Of a stretch of 64,000 nucleotides of DNA, positions 44,352 to 58,610 are shown in pieces. The notes beneath the pieces are model-generated. The model saw only the letters and a program-made list of their open reading frames with translations. It ran no database searches and was not told where the DNA came from. Origin of the DNA: Chrysomallon squamiferum (Eukaryota > Animalia > Mollusca); assembly GCA_012295275.1 (NCBI GenBank), contig CM022666.1, positions 3,224,001 to 3,288,000 of the forward strand, in the 5' to 3' direction. A program made the position numbers and the translations under genes. Within the stretch, counting starts at the first letter, position 1; each line of letters begins with the position of its first letter.

Positions 44352-44773
44352 ATGAGATACAAAATGTAAAATAAATAATGTATTCAAGCAATAAAATAAA
44401 ATTTCTTTTCATAATTGACACCGCCATTGTCTTCCTTTTCCTCTGACTGTATCAAACTGTTGGCTCAATCAATTATTTCCCATTTAAAACCATCCTTTGT
44501 AGTTAATATTAATGCAGTGTGTATTTACATACTTGTTTATCACATTTCATTTAATTATTAAAAACTCCACGCGCATTCAGCTTTGGAAGGTATATAATTT
44601 AAAATGGGCGGATCGATATCAAATATAAAATACATGGGTAAACATAATTGTTCTAATATTTCTCTTTGTGATTCAGACCTTTTAGTCTATTTCTGTATGT
44701 ATATTTAATTTCCTTTCTTTTGATGTCGGTTTGTCTGTCTGTTTGTCTGTTTGTCTGTCTGTATGTCGGGTTG

Positions 44774-44873
<100 letters not shown>

Positions 44874-45060
44874 ATTCATTCAGGTTAAATATCTGATCAC
44901 ATACAGGATACATTTGTGTATACGTGTTTTTATTTCGCCAAATCTACAAGCTATAACTTGCATTTTAGTTTTATAATAATTTTATTCCAAGGCGTTTGAA
45001 TTAGAAGTCAACAGACCATAAAATAAGTTTCAGCAAACGAGCGATTCAAAGGATCCCAAA

Positions 45061-45103
<43 letters not shown>

Positions 45104-45302
45104 AATTAAATTATAAAATATTTGTATAGAAAGTTATCTTCCGTTTGTTATTTTGATCATGAACAAGATTCAGAAATTATGCATATATTCCTTTTAGTTT
45201 ATTTACTGGAGCTAATATATATATGTATTTAAATATCATTATTTAAACGAACTATTATATTTGGTTTAATCCGTGATATAATGATAATAATAATAATAGT
45301 AA

Positions 45303-45385
<83 letters not shown>

Positions 45386-45997
45386 TAATAATAATAATAA
45401 TAGTAGTAATAATAATAATATAACTAGTAGACGTAGTAGTAGTAATAAATGATTAATGAAATAGTAGTGTACTACTACTAATAAAACAATAAATGTAAGC
45501 AACAACATCAGTCGTGTATAGCAGTAGTAGTAGCAGCGGATGTAATAGTAATAGTAATTAATAAATTAAAATAAATATAAATAAATAAATAAATAAAAAT
45601 ATAAATATAAATAAATAAATATATATAAATAAATAAATGAATAAATGAATGAATGACTGAAAAAAAATAAATAAATAAATGAATAAATAAATGAATGAAA
45701 AAATAAATGAATAAATTAATGAATGAATGAATAAATAAATAAATAAATAAATGACTACAATAACTAGATAGATAAGTAATGACATAAGCAAGTAAACCAT
45801 ACAAAGAAAAAAACAACAACCACAATGAATCAATTTCAAACATTTGTATTTATATATACATAATAAGTAAAATGAAACATTATTATTAACATATATTTCT
45901 TATTCAGCGTGTCTCATACCTAATAAGACACACTGACAGACAGGCTACACAGTCTCTGAATGAAACAATTCTCGTAAAAATAAATAAAAATAGAATA

Positions 45998-46038
<41 letters not shown>

Positions 46039-47172
46039 GTCTCTCTCTGTCTCCGACTCGCCTTTGCACAGATCTTGACAAGCAATGGCGAGTTCGCCAC
46101 GTGATCGTTACCCCAACAAAGGATGCAGCCCATTCTAAAATCGTCCATTTGTGAACATGAACTGCTGCCGATTACCTTCGCCTATAATCAATGGATGTCG
46201 TCGTACAGACAACTTCTTTTGACCTAACCTTGAATATTGTCCACTTTAGACAGCAGCCAAATGGAAGAAACAATTATCACGCAGAGTTACCTCCCATCGG
46301 TATACTCTTTTTTATTTTTAAAAAAGACAACAAATAAGATGTGTGATAGGTGAGTTTTAAAAAAAAAAAAAAAAACAGTTCTGCTATTGGCCTGAGCTGT
46401 TGAGGAATTTTTAAAAATAAAGGCAATCATTAGATATTCGAATAACAATAATAATAATGATAATGATAATAATAATAAAATAAAAAAAATAACGCCACCT
46501 GTCGAATGTAACGTCATTTCCGGTTATTGATGGCGGGTCAGGAATGAATCCAGTTTTGTTGTCAGCTGATTATTTGAAAAGGAAAATTTCTGTTAAAATT
46601 TTTTAACTTTGAACTTTGTTTGATTAAGATTCACGTAACGGCTTCATTATTGAAAGCAGTTCTAAAACTATTGATATACGCTGTTATAAATATTTCTTTT
46701 CTTTTGCAAGGATAAAATGAACTGATTTAATATTTAAAAAAAAAAACCCCAAAAAAACATTATATTATATTTACTCTGATACATTAACATTTTTTAAAAT
46801 TCAGAATGCGTGAAAATATTAATGCCATTCATAATTTTATCTCAGTAATGCTGCTATTTTGGTTATGCTTAAACAAAAAATTCTGCTATAAAAAAAGCCC
46901 TTAAGAAAAATAAAATAAAATAAAATAAAAAAATGGCGTAAGAAAGACTTCTACCTATTTCAGTAAAATTAATAAATAAAGGTATGTTCATACGCTGCGA
47001 TTCCAATTTACTTATTTTGTTTCGTAATGTGTTTTTTTTCATTTATGGTATTTTTATTTGTATAAAAATATATATTTGTTCTTTTGGCACATTATTAAAA
47101 ATGAAACAATAACGTATTATGACGTCATATTCGACATGGTATATAATACTTATTGTCTTGTTATATCATAAT

Positions 47173-47275
<103 letters not shown>

Positions 47276-48196
47276 ATAGAACCACAAACAAATCCACTTA
47301 TAAAAAAAGCATTCGACTATTTATGACGTCATAACACTTCTTTTGTTTTCGATTAATAGAAGTTTTATTTTCTGAGAACTTATTCTGTGTTAGTAAAATC
47401 TTTCTATAATTTAAATAGACTTTACTTCAAGCCAACGTATGATCACACCTTTAGTGATAAACCTGTACTTTGAATAATTGATTTCATTTTGATACTAAAA
47501 AAAATAATAATAAAAAAAAATAAAAAAATACCAATGACCGCCAGCTACGAAATAATACTATGAGGCGAGTAAAATGAAAGCGAAAGTACATTAAATATGA
47601 TAATTATAATTATATTTACGTCATTTGGCCATGACCTATACATAATTATTTATACTAGGTCTGAAAACAGACAGCACCATTTAATTAAAATAATAACATC
47701 TGTGACACTGTTTGCTGACTACAGCGAGAATTCTTTTAGAAATACTTTTCATTTGTATGGCAAGTTTCTGGCAAGTAAATGTTCAGTTTTAATAAATATG
47801 TCTACAGTTCATTTGGTTTCACATATATATATATATATATATATCGCTTAGTTTTTGAATACTTTGATTTCATCGTAATCTATTTAGCAATATCTATAAC
47901 GTCTAGTGGTAAGAAAATCTGAAAATACTTCTGTTGTAATGTCAGAACCATATTAAATATATATAATTATATATAAATAAGAGTTTTACATAAAAGCATA
48001 TAATAAATAAGATTTAAAATAGTATAACGATAATAGTATATAAATGTACGAATTACGAAGAAGTCATTAAAAAAATATTTATATATATTATTAATTTTTA
48101 AAAAAATGGATTAAAATTTTGAAGTTGTGAAATGCATCATATAAAAATGACTACATAAAGGAAATATTTTGTATAAATAAGATAAAGCTGTGAGTT

Positions 48197-48251
<55 letters not shown>

Positions 48252-48479
48252 CAGCAATATTATTTGAAGAAAAAAAGGTAGAAGACTGATATAAATAGAA
48301 AAACGCAATGGAAAATATGTAATTATTTTGAAAAATTAAATTATTTTAATTAATCAAATATAGAAAATATTTATACTATAATTATCTTGTGTCCACAATG
48401 AAATAAATATTGGAAGAAAAAAAAATTATAACAAAATTATTTTGTTAAAATGAAATAAATATTAAATTAAAATGTTCAT

Positions 48480-49121
48480 AATTTTATTATTTTGTGTTTT
48501 AAACTAAATAAATAGACAGAATGTCATTAACGAACAAACTCGTCATTATTATCGCTAGAAATAAAAAAAATGTTTTTCGTAACAAGAAATCTTTGACAAA
48601 TAATTCCCATTTGTATTTTTCACATTTGAAACGGTTGACTGATTTTAACGCCAGTTATTTCAGGGGTTTTATGTTCTTTTATGCATGACTGGTTTTATTT
48701 TTGAAACGTCTCTTGTGAATGTAGCACACCTTCGTATAAATTCCTAATCCAAGGCAGTGTAACCAATGTTTAACGTTTTATTTATTTCTCGTACATTTTC
48801 GATAATTCTCGCACATTATTCGGCATTTCTCGTACCACTTCGGCATTTCTCGTACCTCTTCGGTATTTCTCGTACCTTTTTGGTATATCTCGTTGATTCT
48901 AGTATTATTATTATTTGTTTTGTTTTATTTTTCTCGTACTACTCCCATATTGCCATCTCTGAGCTTACGTCACTTTTCGGAAACCATCGGCACATTCCGG
49001 AGAACATCTCGTTATTTTTCGTATTTAGTTTGTGTTTTTTTTGTTTTTTTTAATCTCTTGAACAAGTCTCGTATTATCAGCGTCATCACCACGGATAAAA
49101 CTCGTTCTTGTTCTGCTGATG
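48480..49121 (-). other. Zic: Probable proximal 3' UTR of Zic (end undefined)
   Basis: Lies immediately downstream of the stop. There are several minus-strand AATAAA hexamers (+ strand TTTATT at about 48924, 48777-48786, 48694, 48483), but the true poly(A) site cannot be chosen in such AT-rich DNA. Confidence 0.5.
48781..48900. repeat. About 20-bp degenerate minisatellite, 6 units (GGYATTTCTCGTACYWYTTC)
   Basis: Units read directly: tttatttctcgtacattttc / gataattctcgcacattattc / ggcatttctcgtaccacttc / ggcatttctcgtacctcttc / ggtatttctcgtaccttttt / ggtatatctcgttgattct. Confidence 0.85.
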
Positions 49122-49639
49122 TCATGTGTACTGCATCACAGGCTGGGGGTGGAGATTGGTTATGTGAGCGAGGGAGTTTATCGGGGAGTGGTCCGTACTG
49201 GGCGGGGTGGGCATCCCGCCCGCACTCTGGCACACGTACCACTCGCTCAAGTTCGTGGGGGTCGGGTGCACGAGGCCCGGGTTCGAAACGAGGTTCGACA
49301 CGAGCGGATGAAGGGGACTCGACGTAATCTGCACGGACGAGTTCTGAGAATGCGACGACGTCGTGGACGTGGTCGATGACGTAGTGGGGCTGGTCGCGGG
49401 CGTCGACTCGCTGCTGGGACTCTCCGGGTCGGAGTCGTAGCCCGGGATGGGCGACGTCTTCCCGTGCACCTTCATGTGCTTTCTCAGCGAGCTCGGGTGG
49501 GTGTAGCTCTTGTCACAGCCTTTGATCTTGCAGTTGTACGGTTTGTCGCTCGTGTGCACGTGCGAGTGTTTCTTCCGGTCCGAGCTGTTGGCGAACCGGC
49601 GGTCGCAGCCGTCGTACTCGCATTTGAAAGGTTTCTCAC
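49122..49639 (-). CDS. Zic: Zic/odd-paired family C2H2 zinc-finger transcription factor, terminal coding exon (ZF4, ZF5, C-terminal tail); 5' part of the gene lies outside the window
   Basis: The minus strand after the acceptor reads (G)GT-GAG-AAA-CCT-TTC, giving [69 protein letters not shown] and [10 protein letters not shown] are diagnostic of Zic ZF4 and ZF5. A Ser/Thr/Pro-rich tail with the Zic C-terminal motif NLSEWYV follows, ending at TGA (49122-49124). It is in frame with track ORF 49122..49559, and GC is much higher than in the flanks. Confidence 0.97.
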
Positions 49640-49665
49640 CTGTAAGAAAAGAACAAAAGAAATCG
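49640..49665 (-). other. 3' splice acceptor (polypyrimidine tract + CAG) of the Zic terminal exon
   Basis: The minus strand reads TTTCTTTTGTTCTTTTCTTACAG|GTGAGAAACC. The AG is at 49641-49640 and splits the Gly codon of the HTGEKP linker in phase 1. Confidence 0.93.
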
Positions 49666-49897
49666 ATTAAAATCTCGTCCAGGTAAATTAGTTGTATAAA
49701 TAAACGTTTGCGGTTTTGAGAGACAGAGAGAGAGAGAGAGAGGTAAAAGTAAATGGATATATTAAGAGATAGAAAAAAAAATCAGGATGTGCGAATGAAT
49801 GAATGAGTGAGTGAGTGATAGACTGAATAAATGAAGGCTGAATGAATAAAAAAACAAAAACAAATAAGAATGCAGCAAAAGATAATTAATAATAATA

Positions 49898-49930
<33 letters not shown>

Positions 49931-50249
49931 AATAAATTTACTACTACTACTACTAATAATAATGAATAAATAAATAAATAAAGAAAAATATATGTAAAGA
50001 AAAACAAAAGAAAAATGAATGAATGAATCATGATTTAAGGTGACTTGCGTGAAAAAAATATAAGACTAACTGATTAATAAATATAATTAAAAATAATAAT
50101 AATAAAAAGAAGAAAACAAAATTACAGATTCAAGTATACTAGTGGATAAATCAACAGACAAAACGAAATTTAAAATTATCTCTAATTTTTGTAACATTTA
50201 CTAATTTTCACAGTGTTGCGCACAACAAAATCAGCTTTTAATGTTTTTC

Positions 50250-50325
50250 ATCCCACGTCGGGAATCGAACCCACGACCCCTCTGACCCCAGCACTACACA
50301 GTATCAACCTCTTAACTTCCTGCTA
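50250..50325 (-). mobile_element. Possible tRNA-derived SINE head or tRNA-like remnant in the Zic intron
   Basis: A minus-strand Pol III B-box GGGTTCGATTCCC (50272-50260) with a T-arm-like stem, and a weak A-box-like TAGCAGGAAGTTAAG about 45 bp upstream. I could not build a full cloverleaf. Confidence 0.4.
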
Positions 50326-50961
50326 TCAATCACAAACATTTCATAACAAAAAGCAAAAAAAAAACAAACAAAAATTTGCCCCGCAAGGACACAAAACGAA
50401 ATCGGCCATATTACGAAAGGAGGAAGCCTTATTTATTTACTGTACTCCAGCGAAAGAAGAGCTCCATCCATTTTATTTTATCGCCTCCAATTGCCGGAGA
50501 GCTCCACGAACTGACACACACACACAGCAGTTACCACCGGTCGATTTTCGTGTGTAAACCGAGACTACACTGAGCATGCGTGTGTGTGCGCGCTGAAGAT
50601 TTTTTTTTTTTTTTTCGACGCGATCGGTCTAATAGTTGACAAAAGCGTTGAGTATTCCGCTGTGTCAATAGTTTTGAAGTGGGCACGCGATTTTTTTAGG
50701 ACGGTGCTCGGCGAAAAAATAGAAAGCATTGTCCGAAAAGAAAACTACAGCACTCGACGAAAGGCGTTTACAACGGTTTTGTTCCGTTCTAGGAGAGAGA
50801 GAGAGAGAAAAAAAATGAGTTTATGAGTAGAATAGATTTACGATCTGGAAGAGTTTTTGTGTTTATTATGCAATGTGTTTAAGTAATTGGTGTTATGAAA
50901 AACGGTTATGACGTTTTGTGATGAAAGTGTTGATAATAAAATAAGCAAATAAGAAAGTTAG

Positions 50962-51008
<47 letters not shown>

Positions 51009-51206
51009 CGGGAGTAAAGGTAGTAGTAATAGATGTAGTAAAAGTAATGGTGATGATGATGATGATGATATTTAGTTCCAAAAATAAATAATTTGATAAC
51101 AGTATAATAGTGAATGAAAAAATAAAGACTGAAATAAGTAAGAATAAATAAATAAATTTAAATAAATAAATAAATAAGTAAATAAATAAATAAATAAATA
51201 AGAAAA

Positions 51207-51241
<35 letters not shown>

Positions 51242-51293
51242 AAATTTCGTAACTAATGAAGTTTGCTGAAATAAAATATTAATAAATATTCTT

Positions 51294-51338
<45 letters not shown>

Positions 51339-51506
51339 TTATTATTATTATTCAGTAAAAAAACTAAAAAATAAATAATAAAAGAATTTTCACATAATCC
51401 GCATAAAAACAAACTGACGACTTGTATTAATTTTAAACTAAAAACGCCCGCAAAACCAATTCCAGTTACATCAAAGTAATAACCGTTATCTGTGTAACAC
51501 ATGATC

Positions 51507-51547
<41 letters not shown>

Positions 51548-52714
51548 ATACACGTCATAACCAGCACAATCAAGTCCGCGCAAACAAGCTGATCATTCAG
51601 CACACACAATGTGCATTTCATGCTCACTCGCAGGAACGCTTGGCACTGATCAATAAATGCACATGTGACGTCTAATGCACACATTATTACTATTATTACA
51701 ATCACACATATACACACATTATGTTAACCCGTGTTGGTTGATCAAGTGAGCGTTTTATAAGGTTCGGTTTCGTAATAATAAAGCGATTTGTATATTTTTT
51801 TTTTTTACGATAAACACACAGACAGATCCACAGATAGACAGATATAAAGTAAAATATTAAAGAGTAAAATTAGAAGAAGAAAAAAATTAAATAAAATTAA
51901 AGTGAATTAAGATTCTGTTTATTATATGAGACGCGTTTCGCAGATTCTCAGTTAAATAACCAGTGATAGAATTTATTGTTAAATAATTCAAAAATAAAAC
52001 ACGATCTTTTTGTGTATTTGATACATGCTGTTTAGTGAAATTAAACGTATTTATTTACGACAGAGAAAAACCAGAAAACCGAAGCTGATATATATATATA
52101 TATATAAAACTATAGTTACTGATTACGCAGTAACGACAATGTCAGCATTTAACACCAACGACAGCAACACCTGATTAAAACGTAACAACATCATCATCAT
52201 AATATCCTGAGAAATTTACACTACTCACTAGCCCCACTTTTTTTTTCTTTTTTTTTCTTTTCTTTTTTTTTTCTCACGGACTCGCTCGGTAGTAAAAATC
52301 TAACAGGTCAGTAAACTAATGCGCTAAATGCTTTCACTAAATTCTTGAAGACGAAAGCCGACACTGCTCTCATGTGTACATTAGCAGGTTCTGATAATCC
52401 CCAGAGAACTACAAAAGTTGGAATGAAATTAGAGGCGGTTAGAGAGCGACGGAACCTCTTAATTATATAACACGTCTTTTGAGAGAGAGTAAATGAGTAA
52501 AGGAAAAAAAAAAAAAACAAGAAAAATTACTGGGAGGGGAGGAGAGAGATAAACAGATAGATAGACTGACAGATACATAGATAAACAGATAAGTGTATAT
52601 ATACGTAAATAGATAAAAAGACAAAGAGACAGAGAGAGCGAGAGAAAGAGAGAGAGAGAGAGAAGGAGAAAGAGAGAGAAAGAGGAGGAGAGAGAGGAGG
52701 GGAGGGGAAGGAGG

Positions 52715-52793
<79 letters not shown>

Positions 52794-53349
52794 CAGAGAG
52801 AGAGAATCTTTTCTTTAAATATAAGCATAATATTTTATAACCATACAAATATAAATGAATAAATGAATGAATGAATAAACAATTAACTATTTTTTTTATA
52901 TACATCTATCTCTCTTCTTTCTTTATTTCTCCCTCTCTTTCTCTCATTACGCATATGTGTGCTTGCGTATGTGCGTAAGTGCGTTGTTGATTTTATCTGT
53001 TTGTTTTGATACTGTGCTCTTTATCATAACAAATTAGGTTTCGCACGATTTATTACCAATGTCTGGCAGTAAACTGAATTTCGATAGAAAATCAATAACT
53101 GTATCTCTTATCAGCAAAAATAGTAAAATAGATACAGAGAAACAGAAGGTTGAAGGAGAGAATGAGGGAAGGAAGAAGAGAAAGAAATAAAGCAAATTAG
53201 AATGAAATATTTATATATTAAATTAAAATATTAAATAGTGGAAAAATACTTATAGTTCTATGAAAAAGATTTCAAAAATTGGTTTCTGTAAAAATGATGA
53301 TTTATAAGTAAAGTAAATTGCAATTTTGTTATTATTATTATTATATTAT

Positions 53350-53380
<31 letters not shown>

Positions 53381-53430
53381 AGCATAATTGTATTCTTTGT
53401 ATATATGTGTGCCTTATTATTTTGTTATTA

Positions 53431-53472
<42 letters not shown>

Positions 53473-54304
53473 TGCATTATTTTAATATTAAGAAAATCTA
53501 GTTCTTTGAAGTTTTATGTTTCATTAAAAGAAATACTTGCCAACCAGGAAGTACACCATTAACATTTTTTATAAGATTCTGACTGTGAGCAAAATTAAGT
53601 AAAAATATCTATTTTAAACTGTATGGTTTAAAACTGGTCCAGTTTAAAAATAGTTTGCATATTTTGGTTACATATGTAGAAAATAGTAACAAAATAAATT
53701 TTGAAGAAAGAAAGAAAAAATGTTTAAAAAAAAAAAAAAAGTGAATGTGAATGAATAAGTAATTTAAAAAAAATAAAATTAAATAACATAAAATATAAAA
53801 TTATATCAGAATACTGGTAAGAATATTTTTATAAACACTTTAAAAAATATATTAAAATTGAGTGAATTAAAATCATCAACGTTTTGAAATGAAATGAAGT
53901 AAAATAAAAATAATCAAACGTTTACATTTGTAATTATGAAATAATGAAATAGAAAATACATACAAACTAATTATAAATGTACATATACTTGTATATTCTG
54001 TATCTATATAATTAATATTCGCAAATGAATAACTAAACATATTTAAGTTATTTTCTTATTATACATTCCTCTACATTGAAAAAGTATTAACAGAAGAAAA
54101 GGAAAAGGTGTAGTGGTAGTAGTAGTGATCGTAGTCGTTATAGTCGTTATGATGCTGTTAATAATGTTGTTGTGACTTTGTTGTTTGTTGTTATTCTTAT
54201 TGTTAATATTTATTTATCTTTTTGTTTTATTTTGTTTGTTTTTATACTTTATATCTATTGAATTCATATATATATATATATTTCTTCATTAATCGGCATA
54301 CATA

Positions 54305-54377
<73 letters not shown>

Positions 54378-54732
54378 TGTTGTTGTTGTAGTAGTAGTAG
54401 TATCATTATTATTATTAGTGGTATTATTATTATTATTATTATTATTTTAAAAATATCATTTTGTCACTATTATATTTGCCATTTTCTTGGTTTATTTGTA
54501 ATGAACAGTTTCTTCGCATGAAAGAACCTTGTAAGAAAGTTTAAAGGAAAAATTCACCAGTGTCTTTGGTTATCACATTTCCTTGATGTAAAATATTTAT
54601 AATAACAAGATTTTTTCATTACGTAATCTTAGCTTTTGATGAGATCTTAGAGAAAAATAGTTTTGAAAATTATAAAAAATAAATAAATAAATAAATAAAT
54701 AAATAAATAGTAATAATAATGATAATAATAGT

Positions 54733-54781
<49 letters not shown>

Positions 54782-54787
54782 GTAGTA

Positions 54788-54831
<44 letters not shown>

Positions 54832-55324
54832 CAATAAAACAATAATAAAACTATCAATAAATTAATAAAAATAAAAAGTGTAGAAAAAGGAACAAATTCG
54901 ACAAAATAAATTTATACTTTCTTTTTTTTTCTATTTTAAATTTAATTTTAAATTTTTTTTTTTTTTTTCAAAGATATATCTTTAAATAATTCCTAATAAA
55001 AATGAAAATCCATAAATCACATTGTTTATCTCCTTTCGCTTTCGCTTTCAAGTCATTTGACCCTACAGGTCAAACCAGGAGTTGACTTTTATTACCCTAC
55101 TTGATATGGTCTTAAAAGTGAAATAAAGAATGGAGTTTTATTGGCCTAATCTCTTCGTAAACTGCCAGTAAAAACAGGAAAAGAGTAAATGATATATTCA
55201 AAGAACTTGGAAAAAAAAGGAAATATAAAATAGTTTGTGATTCCTTCGTGAAGTGATAATTAAAATTATTATCCGATATACTATGGATTTCCTGTTTTTC
55301 GTTATAATATTATCAGAGACTGCA

Positions 55325-55451
<127 letters not shown>

Positions 55452-55806
55452 GGATAGGAATTATGAAATCTAAAAATAATATTATGTGTATTTTGTAAGT
55501 TGTATCACAATTTCAGTAAACAGATAAATAAGCAATAATAAAATTAATGATGATGATACTTAATGTCAAATAAATAATTCGATAACAATGGAATTTTCAT
55601 TATTGTTATTTTAACTTTTTTTTTTAGTAACATATTTTATGACAAGCGGATTATCTTGATAATCCTATCTTTATACATCTGCTTAAAAGACAATATTAAC
55701 TTAGAAATATGTAAACAAGGAAATATGTTTAACTTCCTAAATATTTTATGATAAGCTAGTGCAGTTTTATGAAAAGCAGGTATGTATGTACTCAATATGG
55801 TAATGA

Positions 55807-55966
<160 letters not shown>

Positions 55967-56257
55967 AATTTAAAGATAAATCAAATTTTAAATTTTATAT
56001 AATGTCCACTAAAATCAGTGTGGGTTAAATGTTAAAAAATAAATAGGAATAAAACAAAATAAAATAAAATACAAATAAAATTACAAAAAGTAAATAAAAT
56101 AAAATAAACAAACAAATATATAAATAAAAATAAATAAATAAATAAATAAAGAAATTAATAAAGAAAGAAAGAAATAAAATAAATAAATAAATAAACAAAC
56201 CAAATAAATAAATAAATAAACAAACAAACAAAGAAACAAACCAGCAAAGAAACCAAA

Positions 56258-56288
<31 letters not shown>

Positions 56289-57578
56289 ATCAAATAAAAC
56301 AAAAATATAAAATGCAACACTATAAATATACACGAAACGAAATCGACAACTAGTCGGTTTAACTGGGCCGATTGACGACAGATGTCTATATCAAACCCGT
56401 GAGAGACAGATAATGAAAATATTTATCAAGCTAAATTAGAATAATAGAGAAGTTTGTTGGAATTATTCAGCCACTAGTCAGGCAAGTAGAAACCAACAAA
56501 AGCCTAATAGGCAAATTAGGTTTACGCGATGTTAATAAAATGGGCGATGGAGAGCTAGACTTAGTGCGGCAGTTTTGTTCAGTGTAATGTAATTATTACT
56601 GATAATGAAATATGGCTTTGTTAAAAGGCGCTTGAAAGTACGAAACAGCAAATGTAAATGTTATGTTTCTTGAGGTTATTTTTTATTTATTTTATTTTTT
56701 TATTTTTTTCAGTTGATTAATTTTTCTTCTAAAAACATTTGGTATGAGTATATATGATTTATTTTATTGTTTTTTTATTTTATTAATTTATTTTTATTTT
56801 ATTAATTTATTTTAATATTTATTATTATTATTATTATTATTGTTATTATTGTTATTATATTATTATTATTATTATTAGTTGTTGTTGCAAAAGAGTTAAA
56901 CTTTAAAATTTACGCAAATATGTATTTATCTATAGGTTCAATTGTTTATATTATTATTTGAAAATAATTATCAACGTTTTAACAATACTGTTTGAAGATA
57001 CATTTATTTTCTGTTGACAATTTTAACTCTTAAATATACTGTATTCTTATGAACTAAACTTACGTGAAGAAATATGAAATGAAGATAATTAAGTTAATAA
57101 ATTAAAAAAAAAAATTAAAATAAAATAAATAAGTAAAATAGTAACATAAAATAATATATTTAAGCAAATGAGTAAATGAACAAACAATCAAATAAGAATA
57201 TAAATAAATAACTAAATAAACAGATAAATAGAAAAATAGATAGATAAATAAATGAATGAATGAATGAATAAATAAATGAATGAATAAATAAATAAATGAA
57301 TGAATGAATAAATAAATAAATAAATAAATAAAATATAATAAAATAAAATAAATAATTGTTCAGCATCCTACAAATAAATCTAATGGAAATGACCTGATAA
57401 AGTCTATGTCAGAGACGGCTGCATCAGACAGTCAATGATGTGTTTTGTCCAGTGAATCAGCGGTCGTGATCGTCATAACGTGATTCACAAACATCATTGT
57501 CTTTTTCATCGCTCGGTGATTCAACAATTGTTCAAAGTCGAGAGAGACAGAGTAAGAGTGACGATAAGATGCCATGTG

Positions 57579-57581
<3 letters not shown>

Positions 57582-57673
<92 letters not shown>

Positions 57674-57687
57674 CGAGAGAGAGAAAC

Positions 57688-57720
<33 letters not shown>

Positions 57721-57790
57721 CTGAGAGAGAGAGAGTAAGACTGAGAGAGAGAGACTGAAAGAGAGAGAGAGATAGAGAGATAGAGAGAGA
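57582..57790. repeat. (GA)n microsatellite
   Basis: Seen directly. Confidence 0.97.
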
Positions 57791-58305
57791 TACCTGTGTT
57801 ATATATTGACTATTTTATTTATTTATTTATTTATATGTTTGTTTTGTTTTGTTTTGTATGTTTATTTGATAGTTTATATATTTTGATAGTAAAAAGAAAG
57901 AAAGAAAGAAAGAAAGAATGAAATAATCACCTCTAAACGACAATCACTATAAACATATTCACTCCTTTGATCAATAAACCATATACATTTTATCGATTTT
58001 ATAGACAACTTATTGATTTCAAATTCCTTTCCTTTCCTTTCGTCTTTTTTTTTCTTTTCTTTTTTAATGTGTGTATTTTTCACAATTCCCAAAGCTCGAA
58101 ATTAATGGGACCAGGGGAAAATCCAGTTTATCGTTTAGCAGTCTATTTTTAATCCATTGTTCTTTGAATGGAATCCCAGTGTCATATTGATTTTAAAAAC
58201 ACTCATTTCCACTTTGGACCAATGAGAAACTATCTTATTAAGCCGTTCACGGAAAAAATTATACACATTTACCGTTTTATGTTGTTGTTTTTCATTTTTT
58301 TTTGG

Positions 58306-58343
<38 letters not shown>

Positions 58344-58567
58344 ACCCGATGAAAAATAAAGTATTTTGGACATTAAAAATGAAAAGAAGAAAGATTTAAG
58401 AACCCGCCCACGGAAATACGTAAATATTATTGATTTCGAGATAGGAAATTTTAATAAAACTTTTTATGTTTTGTTTATTATTACGGTTTTGAAGTGATAA
58501 GGAAAATACTTTTTTTTATATATATTTTAAAATATATATGCATGTATGTGAATATATGTATCTATAC

Positions 58568-58610
<43 letters not shown>

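Noticed and set aside
48766-49670. Plus-strand and alternative-frame ORFs overlapping the Zic exon (48893, 49012, 49119, 49464)
   Set aside because: Shadow ORFs caused by the high GC and codon structure of the real minus-strand exon.
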